DNA from: an uncultured Chloroflexia bacterium
GTDB taxonomy: Bacteria > Chloroflexota > Limnocylindria > Limnocylindrales > CSP1-4
Assembly (NCBI GenBank): GCA_963749705.1
Contig: CAVVNQ010000002.1
Span: 237,176 to 301,175 of the forward strand
Direction: 5' to 3'
DNA: 64,000 nucleotides
Shown: positions 8,753 to 17,517 of the stretch, piece by piece
How the letters are laid out: every line of letters starts with the position of its first letter
Position numbering within the stretch: position 1 is the first letter of the stretch
Position numbers and translations under genes: made by a program
The notes under the pieces: generated by a model
Databases searched by the model: none
The model's input: only the letters and a program-made list of their open reading frames with translations
What the model was told of the DNA's origin: nothing

Positions 8753-10609
8753 ATGGCCGACGACCAGCAGCAACAGCAGGCGGACCAGCTCGAGGACGAG
8801 GACCTCGCCCTCGACGCACCGGAGCGGGGCTCGGCGGACGAGCTCCTCGACGCCGGAGCACACGCGCCGATCGACGCGATGCGGCACAGCGCCGCGCACG
8901 TGATGGCCGAAGCCGTGCTGGACCTGTTCCCGGGCACCCGCCTGGGGATCGGACCGGCCATCGCCAACGGCTTCTACTACGACTTCGACCTGCCGCGCCC
9001 GGTCACCCCGGACGACCTGTCGGCGATCGAGGAGCGGATGCGAGCCAGCGTCGCCGCGGACCACCCGTTCACGCGCCGTGAGGTCGCCTTCGAGCAGGGC
9101 CGGGCCGAGGTGAAGGCAGCCGGCCAGCCATTCAAGGTCGAGATCCTCGACGACCTCGCCCGTGCCGCCGCGGAGTCGGCCAGCCCGATGCCGCCGGTGA
9201 CGTTCTACGACCACGGGCCGTTCAGCGACCTGTGCAAGGGACCCCACGTGGCATCGACGGGAGAGATCGGGCCGTTCAAGCTGCTCGCGGTGTCCGGGGC
9301 GTACTGGCGGGGCGACCAGACCCGGCAGTCGCTGCAGCGCATCTACGGCACGGTGTGGGAGTCACAGGAGGAGCTCGATGCCTACCTGTGGCGCCGCGAC
9401 GAGGCGCGCAAGCGCGACCATCGCAAGCTCGGCGTCCAGCTCGACCTGTTCAGCTTCCATGACGTGAGCCCCGGCTCGGCGTTCTGGCATCCCAAGGGCC
9501 AGCGGATCTGGCGCACCCTCGAGACGGCGATGCGCGAGCTCCAGGACCGTCGCGGCTACCAGGAGGTCAGCACCCCGATCCTCGTCTCGGAGCGCCTGTG
9601 GCGGCAGTCGGGGCACTGGGACCACTACGCCGAGAACATGTTCATCATCGAGAGCGAGGGGCAGCAGTTCAGCCTCAAGCCGATGAACTGCCCCGAGTCC
9701 ACGTTCATCTACCGGTCCCGGCTGCGGTCGTACCGGGATCTCCCGCTCCGGCTGAGCGAGTACGGCCGGCTCCACCGCAACGAGCGGTCGGGAACGCTGT
9801 CAGGGCTGACCAGGGTCCGCCAGTTCATCCAGGACGACGGGCACATCTACCTTCGTCCGGACCAGCTGACGGCGGAGATCGAGGCGCTCCTGGGCGAGGT
9901 CCGCGAGGCGTTCGGCTGGTTCGGCATGGAACCGCGCTTCGCGTTCGCGACCAAGCCGGACAAGGCGATCGGCGACCCGGCGCTGTGGGAGCTCGCCGAG
10001 CGGCTGACGATCGAGGCGTTCGCGGCGACCGACATCAGCTACCAGCTCAAGCCCAAGGACGGGACGTTCTACGCCCCCAAGATCGACATCTACATCGATG
10101 ACGCGCTGGGTCGCGAGTGGCAGATGGCGACCATCCAGATCGACCTGCAGATGCTGCCCGAGCGGTTCGACCTGACGTACATCGACGAGGACGGCCAGCC
10201 GAAGCGACCGATGGCGATCCATCGCGCGATCTACGGCTCGCTGGAGCGGTTCATCGGCATCCTGGTGGAGCACTTCGCGGGCGCGTTCCCGTTGTGGATC
10301 GCGCCGCTCCAGGTGGTGGTGATCCCCATCGCCGACCGTCACGTGGAGCCGGCCGAGGAGCTGGCCGCGGAGCTGCGCGGGTCCGGCGTCCGGTTCGTCG
10401 AGGTCGACGGGTCCGACAACCGGATGCAGAACAAGATCCGGCTGGCGCAGGGCCAGAAGGTCCCGTACATGGTCATCCTCGGCGACCGCGAGGTCGAGGC
10501 GCGGACCGCGTCGGTCCGCCGGCGGGACGGTTCGCAGGAGCAGGGGATCGCCTGGAGCGACCTCGCCGCGCGCCTGGGCGACGAGATCCGGGAGCGCCGG
10601 CTGGAGTAG
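8753..10609 (+). CDS. thrS: Threonine--tRNA ligase
   Basis: MRHSAAHVMAEAV, DLCKGPH, RDHRKLG, KPMNCP, HRAIYGSLERF. SD AGGAG precedes ATG 8753. Confidence 0.98.
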   Translation: MADDQQQQQADQLEDEDLALDAPERGSADELLDAGAHAPIDAMRHSAAHVMAEAVLDLFPGTRLGIGPAIANGFYYDFDLPRPVTPDDLSAIEERMRASVAADHPFTRREVAFEQGRAEVKAAGQPFKVEILDDLARAAAESASPMPPVTFYDHGPFSDLCKGPHVASTGEIGPFKLLAVSGAYWRGDQTRQSLQRIYGTVWESQEELDAYLWRRDEARKRDHRKLGVQLDLFSFHDVSPGSAFWHPKGQRIWRTLETAMRELQDRRGYQEVSTPILVSERLWRQSGHWDHYAENMFIIESEGQQFSLKPMNCPESTFIYRSRLRSYRDLPLRLSEYGRLHRNERSGTLSGLTRVRQFIQDDGHIYLRPDQLTAEIEALLGEVREAFGWFGMEPRFAFATKPDKAIGDPALWELAERLTIEAFAATDISYQLKPKDGTFYAPKIDIYIDDALGREWQMATIQIDLQMLPERFDLTYIDEDGQPKRPMAIHRAIYGSLERFIGILVEHFAGAFPLWIAPLQVVVIPIADRHVEPAEELAAELRGSGVRFVEVDGSDNRMQNKIRLAQGQKVPYMVILGDREVEARTASVRRRDGSQEQGIAWSDLAARLGDEIRERRLE

Positions 10610-10623
10610 GGGCGCTTAGGGGC

Positions 10624-10792
10624 GTGCTCGCCCCTCGGCCATCGCCGGCACCGAACGAAATCGGCGCGAGGTGGGGTTCAGGGCCGCTCGACGACGGTGC
10701 TCGGCCCGCCGCGATCGCCACCAGCGAACGAAATCGGCGTGAACCTGCCCAACCGCGTGTCCAGCAACGGCTACGATCGCCACCGCCGAACG
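10624..10792. repeat. Imperfect ~43-bp direct repeat (2 copies, 73-bp period, plus partial third) in the thrS-infC intergenic region
   Basis: Exact core CGAACGAAATCGGCG at 10652-10666 and 10725-10739, each preceded by GTGCTC...ATCGCC. Partial GATCGCCACCGCCGAACG at 10775-10792. Confidence 0.7.
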
Positions 10793-10975
10793 CAGGGCTT
10801 CGGACGGGGCGACATCGCGGTCCTGCGCCCCAAAGTGTTCGCTGGCAGCGATCGAGCGCTGCGTCCGCGCACGGCGTGCGGCAGCTCCGGGGGCGGTGTC
10901 TCGGGAGGGCTTCGCGGTCGTCCCCGCGGCGGTTTCGCAGGGCCCGCGGAGCGCCCGCGGAGGGGTCGCCATTCG

Positions 10976-11005
10976 TTGCGACCGTTCGAAACCCTGTGCT
11001 ATTCT
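10976..11005 (+). promoter_or_regulatory. Sigma70-type promoter for infC (TTGCGA-N18-TATTCT, with extended TG)
   Basis: -35 and extended -10 matches lie about 75 nt upstream of infC. Confidence 0.55.
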
Positions 11006-11078
11006 CCCGCGGCGGCTGCGTAGGGCGCTGAGCGTGCGCGCCGCGAATCTGACACCTCGAAACAAAGGGAACCACGAC

Positions 11079-11819
11079 ATCAGCCGAGACCTGCGCATCA
11101 ACCAGATGATCCGTGTACCCCAGGTCCGGGTCCTCGACGAAGATGGCTCACAGCTCGGCGTCATGCCGACGCAGCAGGCCTTGGCGATGGCGCAGGAGCG
11201 TGGACTCGATCTCGTGGAGGTCGCGCCCACCGCGGCGCCCCCGGTCGTCAAGTTCCTCGACTTTGGTCAGTACAAGTACGAGCTGACCAAGCGCGAGAAG
11301 GAGGCGAAGCGGAAGCAGCGCTCGGTGGAGTTCAAGGAGGTCCGCCTGACGCCGAAGATCGGCGTGGGTGACTTCGACACCAAGGTCCATCGAGCGATCG
11401 AGTTCCTCGAGGACGGCGACCGGCTCAAGGTCACGGTCCGCTTCCGCGGTCGGGAGCTGACCCACCCGGAGATCGGACGGAAGCTCCTCGCGAGGTTCGG
11501 CGACGCGGTCAAGGATCACGGGACCGTGGACCGCATGCCGGCGCTCGAAGGAAAGTCCATGTTCATGACGCTCGCCTCGCTGCACAAGCCGCGGGTCCAC
11601 GAGCACAAGATCGCCGGGGCGCGGTCCGACGGCGAGAGCCCGGCGGCAGACGCCCAGCCCGATCGGGATCGACCGGAGGGCGCTGCCGCGGCACCGTCCC
11701 CGGCAACGCCGGAAGCCCCCGTCACAGCACCGCCGGCGGCAACGCCGGCAGCCCAGTCCGTACCCGAACCGACGCCTGCTGCCGCTCCCGCGGCCGAGGC
11801 GACGCCAGCAGGAGAGTGA
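11079..11819 (+). CDS. infC: Translation initiation factor IF-3 (non-canonical ATC start; Pro/Ala-rich C-terminal tail)
   Basis: ISRDLRINQMIRVPQVRV, DLVEVAP, KEVRL, FRGRE. SD AAAGGGA lies 8 nt before ATC 11079. Confidence 0.95.
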   Translation: MSRDLRINQMIRVPQVRVLDEDGSQLGVMPTQQALAMAQERGLDLVEVAPTAAPPVVKFLDFGQYKYELTKREKEAKRKQRSVEFKEVRLTPKIGVGDFDTKVHRAIEFLEDGDRLKVTVRFRGRELTHPEIGRKLLARFGDAVKDHGTVDRMPALEGKSMFMTLASLHKPRVHEHKIAGARSDGESPAADAQPDRDRPEGAAAAPSPATPEAPVTAPPAATPAAQSVPEPTPAAAPAAEATPAGE

Positions 11820-11826
11820 GGCCCGC

Positions 11827-12024
11827 GTGCCCAAGATCAAGACCCACAAGGGGACGCAGAAGCGCGTCACCGTCACCGGCACCGGGAAGTTCGTCCGCGT
11901 GAAGTCATGGCGCGGCCATCATCTCGAGATCAAGTCCTCGCGCCGGACGCGTCGCTACGCGGGCAAGGCAGTCGTGGGCCCCGAGCACCAGGAGCAGCTT
12001 CGCCGGCTCCTGCCGTACCTCTAG
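11827..12024 (+). CDS. rpmI: 50S ribosomal protein L35
   Basis: MPKIKTHKGTQKRV...LLPY, between infC and rplT. Confidence 0.97.
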   Translation: MPKIKTHKGTQKRVTVTGTGKFVRVKSWRGHHLEIKSSRRTRRYAGKAVVGPEHQEQLRRLLPYL

Positions 12025-12033
12025 GAGCGATCG

Positions 12034-12384
12034 ATGGCACGCGTCAAGCGGGGCGTCACCGCCCACAAACGGCACAAGCGGCTCCTCGACGGCGCCGAGG
12101 GCCGCAAGGGAACCAATCGCAAGCTCGTCAAGCGCGCGCGCGAATCGACGCTGCACGCGCTTGCGTACGCCACCCGGGACCGGAAGCAGCGCAAGCGCGA
12201 CATGCGGGAGCTGTGGATCATCCGCATCAACGCCGCCGCCCGGATCAACGGGATCACCTACGCCAAGCTGATCGCCGGCCTCAAGAAGGCGGGCGTCGGC
12301 CTGGATCGCAAGATCCTCGCTGACCTTGCCGTTCGCGATGCCGCGACCTTCGGCCGGATCGCCGAGGTCGCGCGCGGCGCCTGA
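12034..12384 (+). CDS. rplT: 50S ribosomal protein L20
   Basis: MARVKRGV...[24 protein letters not shown]...[10 protein letters not shown]. Confidence 0.98.
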   Translation: MARVKRGVTAHKRHKRLLDGAEGRKGTNRKLVKRARESTLHALAYATRDRKQRKRDMRELWIIRINAAARINGITYAKLIAGLKKAGVGLDRKILADLAVRDAATFGRIAEVARGA

Positions 12385-12524
12385 CCCGCCCGCCGGATGC
12401 GCCTCGACGTGCTGCCCAGGCTCGTCGCAGCGCCGATCCCGACCCTCGACGTCGCCGACGCTCGGGGGTTCGTGATTCACGGGGACTGACCACCCCGACC
12501 GTAGCGCCAGGACCACCGCCACCC

Positions 12525-13565
12525 ATGGAACTCGCCCAGCTCACCCAGGACCTCGAGGCGCTGCGATCGCACGCGGTCGAAGCCGCCGGCGCATCGCGCG
12601 ATACCGCCGCGCTCGACGCGCTCGAGGTCGAGGTGCTGGGCAAGAAGGGCGGGCTGACCGCGATCCTGCGCGGGATCGGCGGGCTGCCGGCGGAGGACCG
12701 GCCGAAGGTCGGAGCGATCGCAAACGAGGTGAGGACGGCCGTCGAGGCGGCCGTCGCCAGCGCCCGGACGCGGCTGGGGAGCGCGGAGCTTGCGGCTCGG
12801 CTCGCCGCCGAGGCGGTCGACGTCACCACGCCGGGACGCCCGATCCATCGCGGCAGCCTGCACCCGATCGTCGAGACGGCTCGCGAGATCGCCCAGGTGT
12901 TCGCCCAGTTCGGGTTCGTCGTCTACGAGGGGCCCGAGATCGAGGACGACCTCACCAACTTCCAGATGCTCAACATCCCGCCGGACCATCCGGCGCGGGA
13001 CCTGTGGGACACGCTGTACCTCGACATCGAGGGCCGGCTGCTGCGGACCCACACGAGTCCCGGCCAGATCCGCGTGATGCACCAGGAGCGGCCGCCGATC
13101 CGGGCGCTGCTGCCCGGTCGCTGCTTCCGGTACGAGGCCGTCGACGCGAGCCACGCGTCGGAGTTCTTCCAGGTCGAGGGCCTGATGGTCGACGAGGGAA
13201 CCTCGATGGCGGACCTCAAGGGGCTGCTTGACCAGTTTGCGCACGCGATGTTCGGCGCCGATCGTGCGACCCGGTTCCGCCCCGGCTACTACCCGTTCAC
13301 CGAGCCGTCGGTCGCGTTCGACATCCTGTGCGTGATCTGCAACGGCGAGAAGTGCCCGGCGTGCTCGCGCACGGGCTGGATGACGATCCTGGGCGCGGGC
13401 ATGGTCCATCCGGTCGTGCTGCGCTACGGCGGGATCGATCCCGAGCGCTACCAGGGGTTCGCGTTCGGGATGGGCGTCGACCGGATCGCGAACCTGCGCC
13501 ATGCGGTCGGCGACCTGCGGCTGTACACGGAGAACGACCTCCGGTTCCTGGCGGCCTTCCGATGA
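12525..13565 (+). CDS. pheS: Phenylalanine--tRNA ligase alpha subunit
   Basis: HPARD, LLRTHTS, YYPFTEPS, Zn-knuckle CVICNGEKCPAC, GFAFGMG. Confidence 0.98.
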   Translation: MELAQLTQDLEALRSHAVEAAGASRDTAALDALEVEVLGKKGGLTAILRGIGGLPAEDRPKVGAIANEVRTAVEAAVASARTRLGSAELAARLAAEAVDVTTPGRPIHRGSLHPIVETAREIAQVFAQFGFVVYEGPEIEDDLTNFQMLNIPPDHPARDLWDTLYLDIEGRLLRTHTSPGQIRVMHQERPPIRALLPGRCFRYEAVDASHASEFFQVEGLMVDEGTSMADLKGLLDQFAHAMFGADRATRFRPGYYPFTEPSVAFDILCVICNGEKCPACSRTGWMTILGAGMVHPVVLRYGGIDPERYQGFAFGMGVDRIANLRHAVGDLRLYTENDLRFLAAFR

Positions 13566-16069
13566 GGGTCCCGATGTCCTGGCTGCGGGAGCTCGTCGAC
13601 ATCGACCTCACGCCGGAGCAGCTCGCGGAACGGCTGACGCTGCTGGGCATGGAGGTCCAGAAGATCGAGCGCTGGGGCGCGGACTGGGAGCAGGTCGTGA
13701 CGGGCGAGCTGCTCACGGTCGACAAGCACCCACGAGCGGATCGCCTGTCGCTGACCACGGTCACCCTCGGCGACGGGCGCGAGCCGCTGTCGATCGTGTG
13801 CGGGGCGACCAACATCGCCCCGGGCCAGCGGATCCCGGTCGCGCTGCCGGGCGCGGTCCTGCCGGGCGATCGCCGGATCGAGCGGGCCGAGAAGATGGGC
13901 GTCGTGAGCAACGGGATGCTGTGCTCGGGCGAGGAGCTGCACCTGACCGGCGACGGCGACGGGATCCTGATCCTGCCCGACGACACGCCGCTGGGCGTCC
14001 CGCTCGCCGACCTGTACGGCGACGTGGTGCTCGATGTCGACGTCAAGCCCAATCGCGGCGACGCGCTGTCGATCCTGGGGCTGGCCCGCGAGGTCGCGGC
14101 CGCGACCGGGATGCCATTGCCCGAGCGGGACGAGATCGTGGTTCGCGAAGGCGACGGCCCGTCCACGGCCGATCGACTGGTGGTCGATGTCCGCGACCCC
14201 GGGCTGTGCACACGGTTCGTGGGGCGCTGGGTCAGCGGGGTGACCGTCGGGCCATCCCCGGATCGCGTCCAGATGCGGCTGCTCGCCGCCGGGATGCGAC
14301 CGATCTCGAACGTCGTCGACGCCTCGAACTACGTGATGCTGGAGCTGGGCAAGCCGATCCACACGTTCGATGCCGCTCCGGTCGTCGCGGGACCGGATGG
14401 ACGGGCGGCGATCGTGGTCCGCCGGGCGGCCGACGGCGAGCGGCTCGAGACGCTCGATCACGTGGACCGCGAGCTGGATCCGGAGACGCTCCTGATCGCC
14501 GGCCTCGACGGCCCCCTGGCCATCGCCGGCGTGATGGGTGGGGCGGCATCCGAGGTCTCCGAGACGACGACCGACGTGATCATCGAGTCGGCCATCTTCG
14601 ATCCGGTGAGCGTGCGGCGGACCGCGCGCCGGCACGCGCTGCGGTCGGAGGCAAGCGCCCGGTTCGAGAAGGGCCAGGAACCGCGCCTCGCACGCCTGGG
14701 CGCCGACCGGACCGCGGAGCTGGTCTCCGCGTGGGCGGGTGGGACGGTTGCCGCCGGCCGGATCGACACTGCGCCGGCCGAGCCCGCGCGAGCGCGCGTG
14801 GCCTTCCGGCCGGAGCGAGTCAGCCGGCTGCTCGGCCTGTCGCTGTCGGCTGCGGACCAGCGGGATCTCCTGGGCCGGGTCGGGATCGAGACGGAGGCGC
14901 CGCGGGGGGCGGCCCAGGTCGCGGTCGCCATGGAGCCGGAGCCGCTCCAGGTCGATGCCGCACCGGGCACGTCGCTCCTTGCCATCGTGCCCACCTGGCG
15001 GCGGGACATCCTGGTCGAGGCGGATGTCGCCGAGGAGGTCGCGCGCGTGCGTGGCTACGAGCTCGTACCGTCGCTCATCCCGGACACGCCGTTGCCGGCC
15101 TATCGTCCGTCGCCGCTGGAGGCCCGGGAGCTCATCCGTGAGACGCTGGCCGGCGCGGGGTTGACCGAGGTGATCACGACCGCGCTGGTGTCGCCGCGGC
15201 ACATCGAGACGTTCGTGCTCCGGCGCGAGGTGCCCTCGGTCGACGACCAGCCGCAGCCGGGCGGTGATGCCATCGGCGTGACCAACCCGCTGTCGCGGGA
15301 CCATTCGCTGCTCCGGCGGAACCTGCTGGGCAGCCTGCTCGACGTGGTCGGCACGAACCTGCGCCGGGGGACCGAGGACATCGCCGTGTTCGAGGTTGGC
15401 AAGGGCTACGCGCGGACCGGCGACGAGCCCCGCGAGTGGTGGCGCCTCGGGCTGGCGCTCACCGGCGCCGCGGAGCCGCGTGCCTGGAACCGTCCGGATC
15501 GTGCGTACGACCTGGACGATGCCAAGGGCCTGGTCGAGCTGCTCGCCGATCGCCTCGGGCTGGGCCGGCCGGCGTACCTTCCCGAGCGCGACGAGCCGCT
15601 GTTCCACCCCGGCCGCTGCGCCCGCGCCGACGTTCCCGGGCGCCTCGCCGCGATCCTGGGCGAGGCACACCCGGAGCTGGTCGAAGCCTGGGGGCTGCGC
15701 ACCGGCCAGAGAGTCCTGCTGGCGGAGATTGCCGTCGACGGGCTCGCAGCCGGCCGACTCAGCCCGGAGCTCGCGTCCACGGTCGGCCGGTTCCCCGAGG
15801 TGGACCGCGACCTTGCGGTGGTCGTGCCCGACGCCACGCCCGCGGCAACGGTGGACCGCCTGCTCGCGACCCACGGCGGCGGCCTGCTCCGCGACGTGCG
15901 CCTGTTCGATGTCTACCGGGGAAGCCCGCTCGGGTCGTCCGAGAAGAGCCTCGCGTTCCGGGTCCGGTTCGGAGCCCCGGATCGGACGCTCACCGAGCCG
16001 GAGATCGATGCCGCAGTGGCGGCCATGGTCGACGCGCTGGCGTCGATCGGCGGGCGGCTTCGTGCGTGA
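13562..16069 (+). CDS. pheT: Phenylalanine--tRNA ligase beta subunit
   Basis: MRVPMSWLRE, IVCGATN, PNRGDALS, SARFEKG, FDVYRG...KSLAFR. ATGA overlap with pheS. Confidence 0.98.
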   Translation: MRVPMSWLRELVDIDLTPEQLAERLTLLGMEVQKIERWGADWEQVVTGELLTVDKHPRADRLSLTTVTLGDGREPLSIVCGATNIAPGQRIPVALPGAVLPGDRRIERAEKMGVVSNGMLCSGEELHLTGDGDGILILPDDTPLGVPLADLYGDVVLDVDVKPNRGDALSILGLAREVAAATGMPLPERDEIVVREGDGPSTADRLVVDVRDPGLCTRFVGRWVSGVTVGPSPDRVQMRLLAAGMRPISNVVDASNYVMLELGKPIHTFDAAPVVAGPDGRAAIVVRRAADGERLETLDHVDRELDPETLLIAGLDGPLAIAGVMGGAASEVSETTTDVIIESAIFDPVSVRRTARRHALRSEASARFEKGQEPRLARLGADRTAELVSAWAGGTVAAGRIDTAPAEPARARVAFRPERVSRLLGLSLSAADQRDLLGRVGIETEAPRGAAQVAVAMEPEPLQVDAAPGTSLLAIVPTWRRDILVEADVAEEVARVRGYELVPSLIPDTPLPAYRPSPLEARELIRETLAGAGLTEVITTALVSPRHIETFVLRREVPSVDDQPQPGGDAIGVTNPLSRDHSLLRRNLLGSLLDVVGTNLRRGTEDIAVFEVGKGYARTGDEPREWWRLGLALTGAAEPRAWNRPDRAYDLDDAKGLVELLADRLGLGRPAYLPERDEPLFHPGRCARADVPGRLAAILGEAHPELVEAWGLRTGQRVLLAEIAVDGLAAGRLSPELASTVGRFPEVDRDLAVVVPDATPAATVDRLLATHGGGLLRDVRLFDVYRGSPLGSSEKSLAFRVRFGAPDRTLTEPEIDAAVAAMVDALASIGGRLRA

Positions 16070-16180
16070 CCCGGTGCGGTCGTGGGGTGTATGGCCCATT
16101 GCGACCTCGACGAGCACGCTGCTACGCTGCGCACGGGGAACCGGCCGACCGGGGTGCGGCCGCCGTCACGAGGTACCTGC

Positions 16181-16768
16181 GTGAACGTCGCTGACTTCCT
16201 GCGATCGATCAACCTGTTCGACATCCTGGTGATCCTGGTCCTGTTCGGGTTCTTCATCGTGGGCTTCATCCAGGGCACCATCCGACGCCTGGTCGGGATT
16301 TTGTCGATCGTGTTCTCGTTCTTCTTCGCGGCCCAGGTCGAGGTCCAGCTGGGCGGCTTCCTGGGCGACAACTGGGACCAGTTCCCCCGCGAGTACGCGG
16401 CGATGATCGGGTTCCTGGCGGTGTTCGTCGCGGCAGTGGTCGCGTTCTCGCTGGTCATCCAGGGCACCTACAAGAAGGCGCCGCTGTGGGTGAAGTACCC
16501 GGCGCTCGACGAGGCGATCGGCGGCGTGCTCGGCGTCGTCCAGGGCTTCCTGCTGCTGATGTTCGTGACGATCATCCTGGACCAGTTCTTCCTGCGCCCG
16601 GGCTTCCCCGTGGATCCGGACGAGCTGCCGTTCCTGCGGGACTTCTGGAACACCGTCAACGGGTCGGGCACGGGGGCGCTCCTGCACCAGACCGTGATCC
16701 CCAACTTCATCGCGCTCACGGCGTTCCTGATCCCCGACTCGGTCAAGCTGCTGTACGGGGTCGGGTGA
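16181..16768 (+). CDS. CvpA family membrane protein
   Basis: FDILVILVLFGFFIVGFIQGTIRRL...LDEAIGGVLGVVQG; pheT-cvpA-mutS2 context. Confidence 0.85.
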   Translation: MNVADFLRSINLFDILVILVLFGFFIVGFIQGTIRRLVGILSIVFSFFFAAQVEVQLGGFLGDNWDQFPREYAAMIGFLAVFVAAVVAFSLVIQGTYKKAPLWVKYPALDEAIGGVLGVVQGFLLLMFVTIILDQFFLRPGFPVDPDELPFLRDFWNTVNGSGTGALLHQTVIPNFIALTAFLIPDSVKLLYGVG

Positions 16769-17515
16769 CGGTCGGCTCCGGCGGCGGCGGACCACCGCTC
16801 GGGCTCCCGTTCCCACGCCGGCTGCTGGCCGGCGACACCCTCGAGGCCGCCCGCGCCCTGCTGGGCGCATCGCCTCGTCCGGCTCTCCGAGCCGTCCGCG
16901 GGGGCGGATCCCGCGCACGCCACCGATCGCACGGCATCTCGGCGTGTGGGACGGATCGTGGAGGTCGAGGCGTACATCGGCGAGGGCGATCGCGCGTCAC
17001 ACGCCCGGATGGGCCGAACCGCCCGCAACGCCGTGATGTTCGGCGATCCGGGCATCGCGTACGTGTACCTTGTCTACGGGATGTACCACTGCCTCAACGT
17101 CGTCACCGAACCGGCCGCACGACCTGCAGCCGTGCTGATCCGCGCCGTCGAGCCGGTCGCGGGCCTGGAGGCGATGCGGGCGGCGCGCGAGCGGCACGTC
17201 CGGCGGAACGCGACCGCCGCGATCGTGCCCGATGCCCGCCTTGCAGCCGGGCCCGGTCTGGTCACCGCCGCGTTCGACATCGATCGCAGCCACACCGGCA
17301 TCGACCTGTGCGATCCGGCGTCGGCCGTCCACCTGGAGCTCGCGCCGCCGACGGAGCCGGCGCCCGAGGTTCTCGCCACCCCGCGGATCGGGATCGCCTA
17401 CGCGGGGGAGCCGTGGGCAAGCGTCCCATGGCGGTTCGTCGTCGCGGGCAGCGGCGCGCTCTCGGGCAGAACGGCCGACCGCCGCGCCACGACGAGCGCC
17501 GTCAGCTCGTATTGA
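16765..17515 (+). CDS. mpg: DNA-3-methyladenine glycosylase (MPG/AAG family); frameshift near 16870
   Basis: N-terminal [11 protein letters not shown] lies in the frame of ORF 16486. [41 protein letters not shown] and PRIGI lie in ORF 16946. Confidence 0.88.
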
Positions 17516-17517
17516 TC

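Noticed and set aside
10624-10792. CRISPR array
   Set aside because: There are only 2-3 degenerate copies with unequal periods and no cas genes or leader, so it is kept only as an unexplained repeat.
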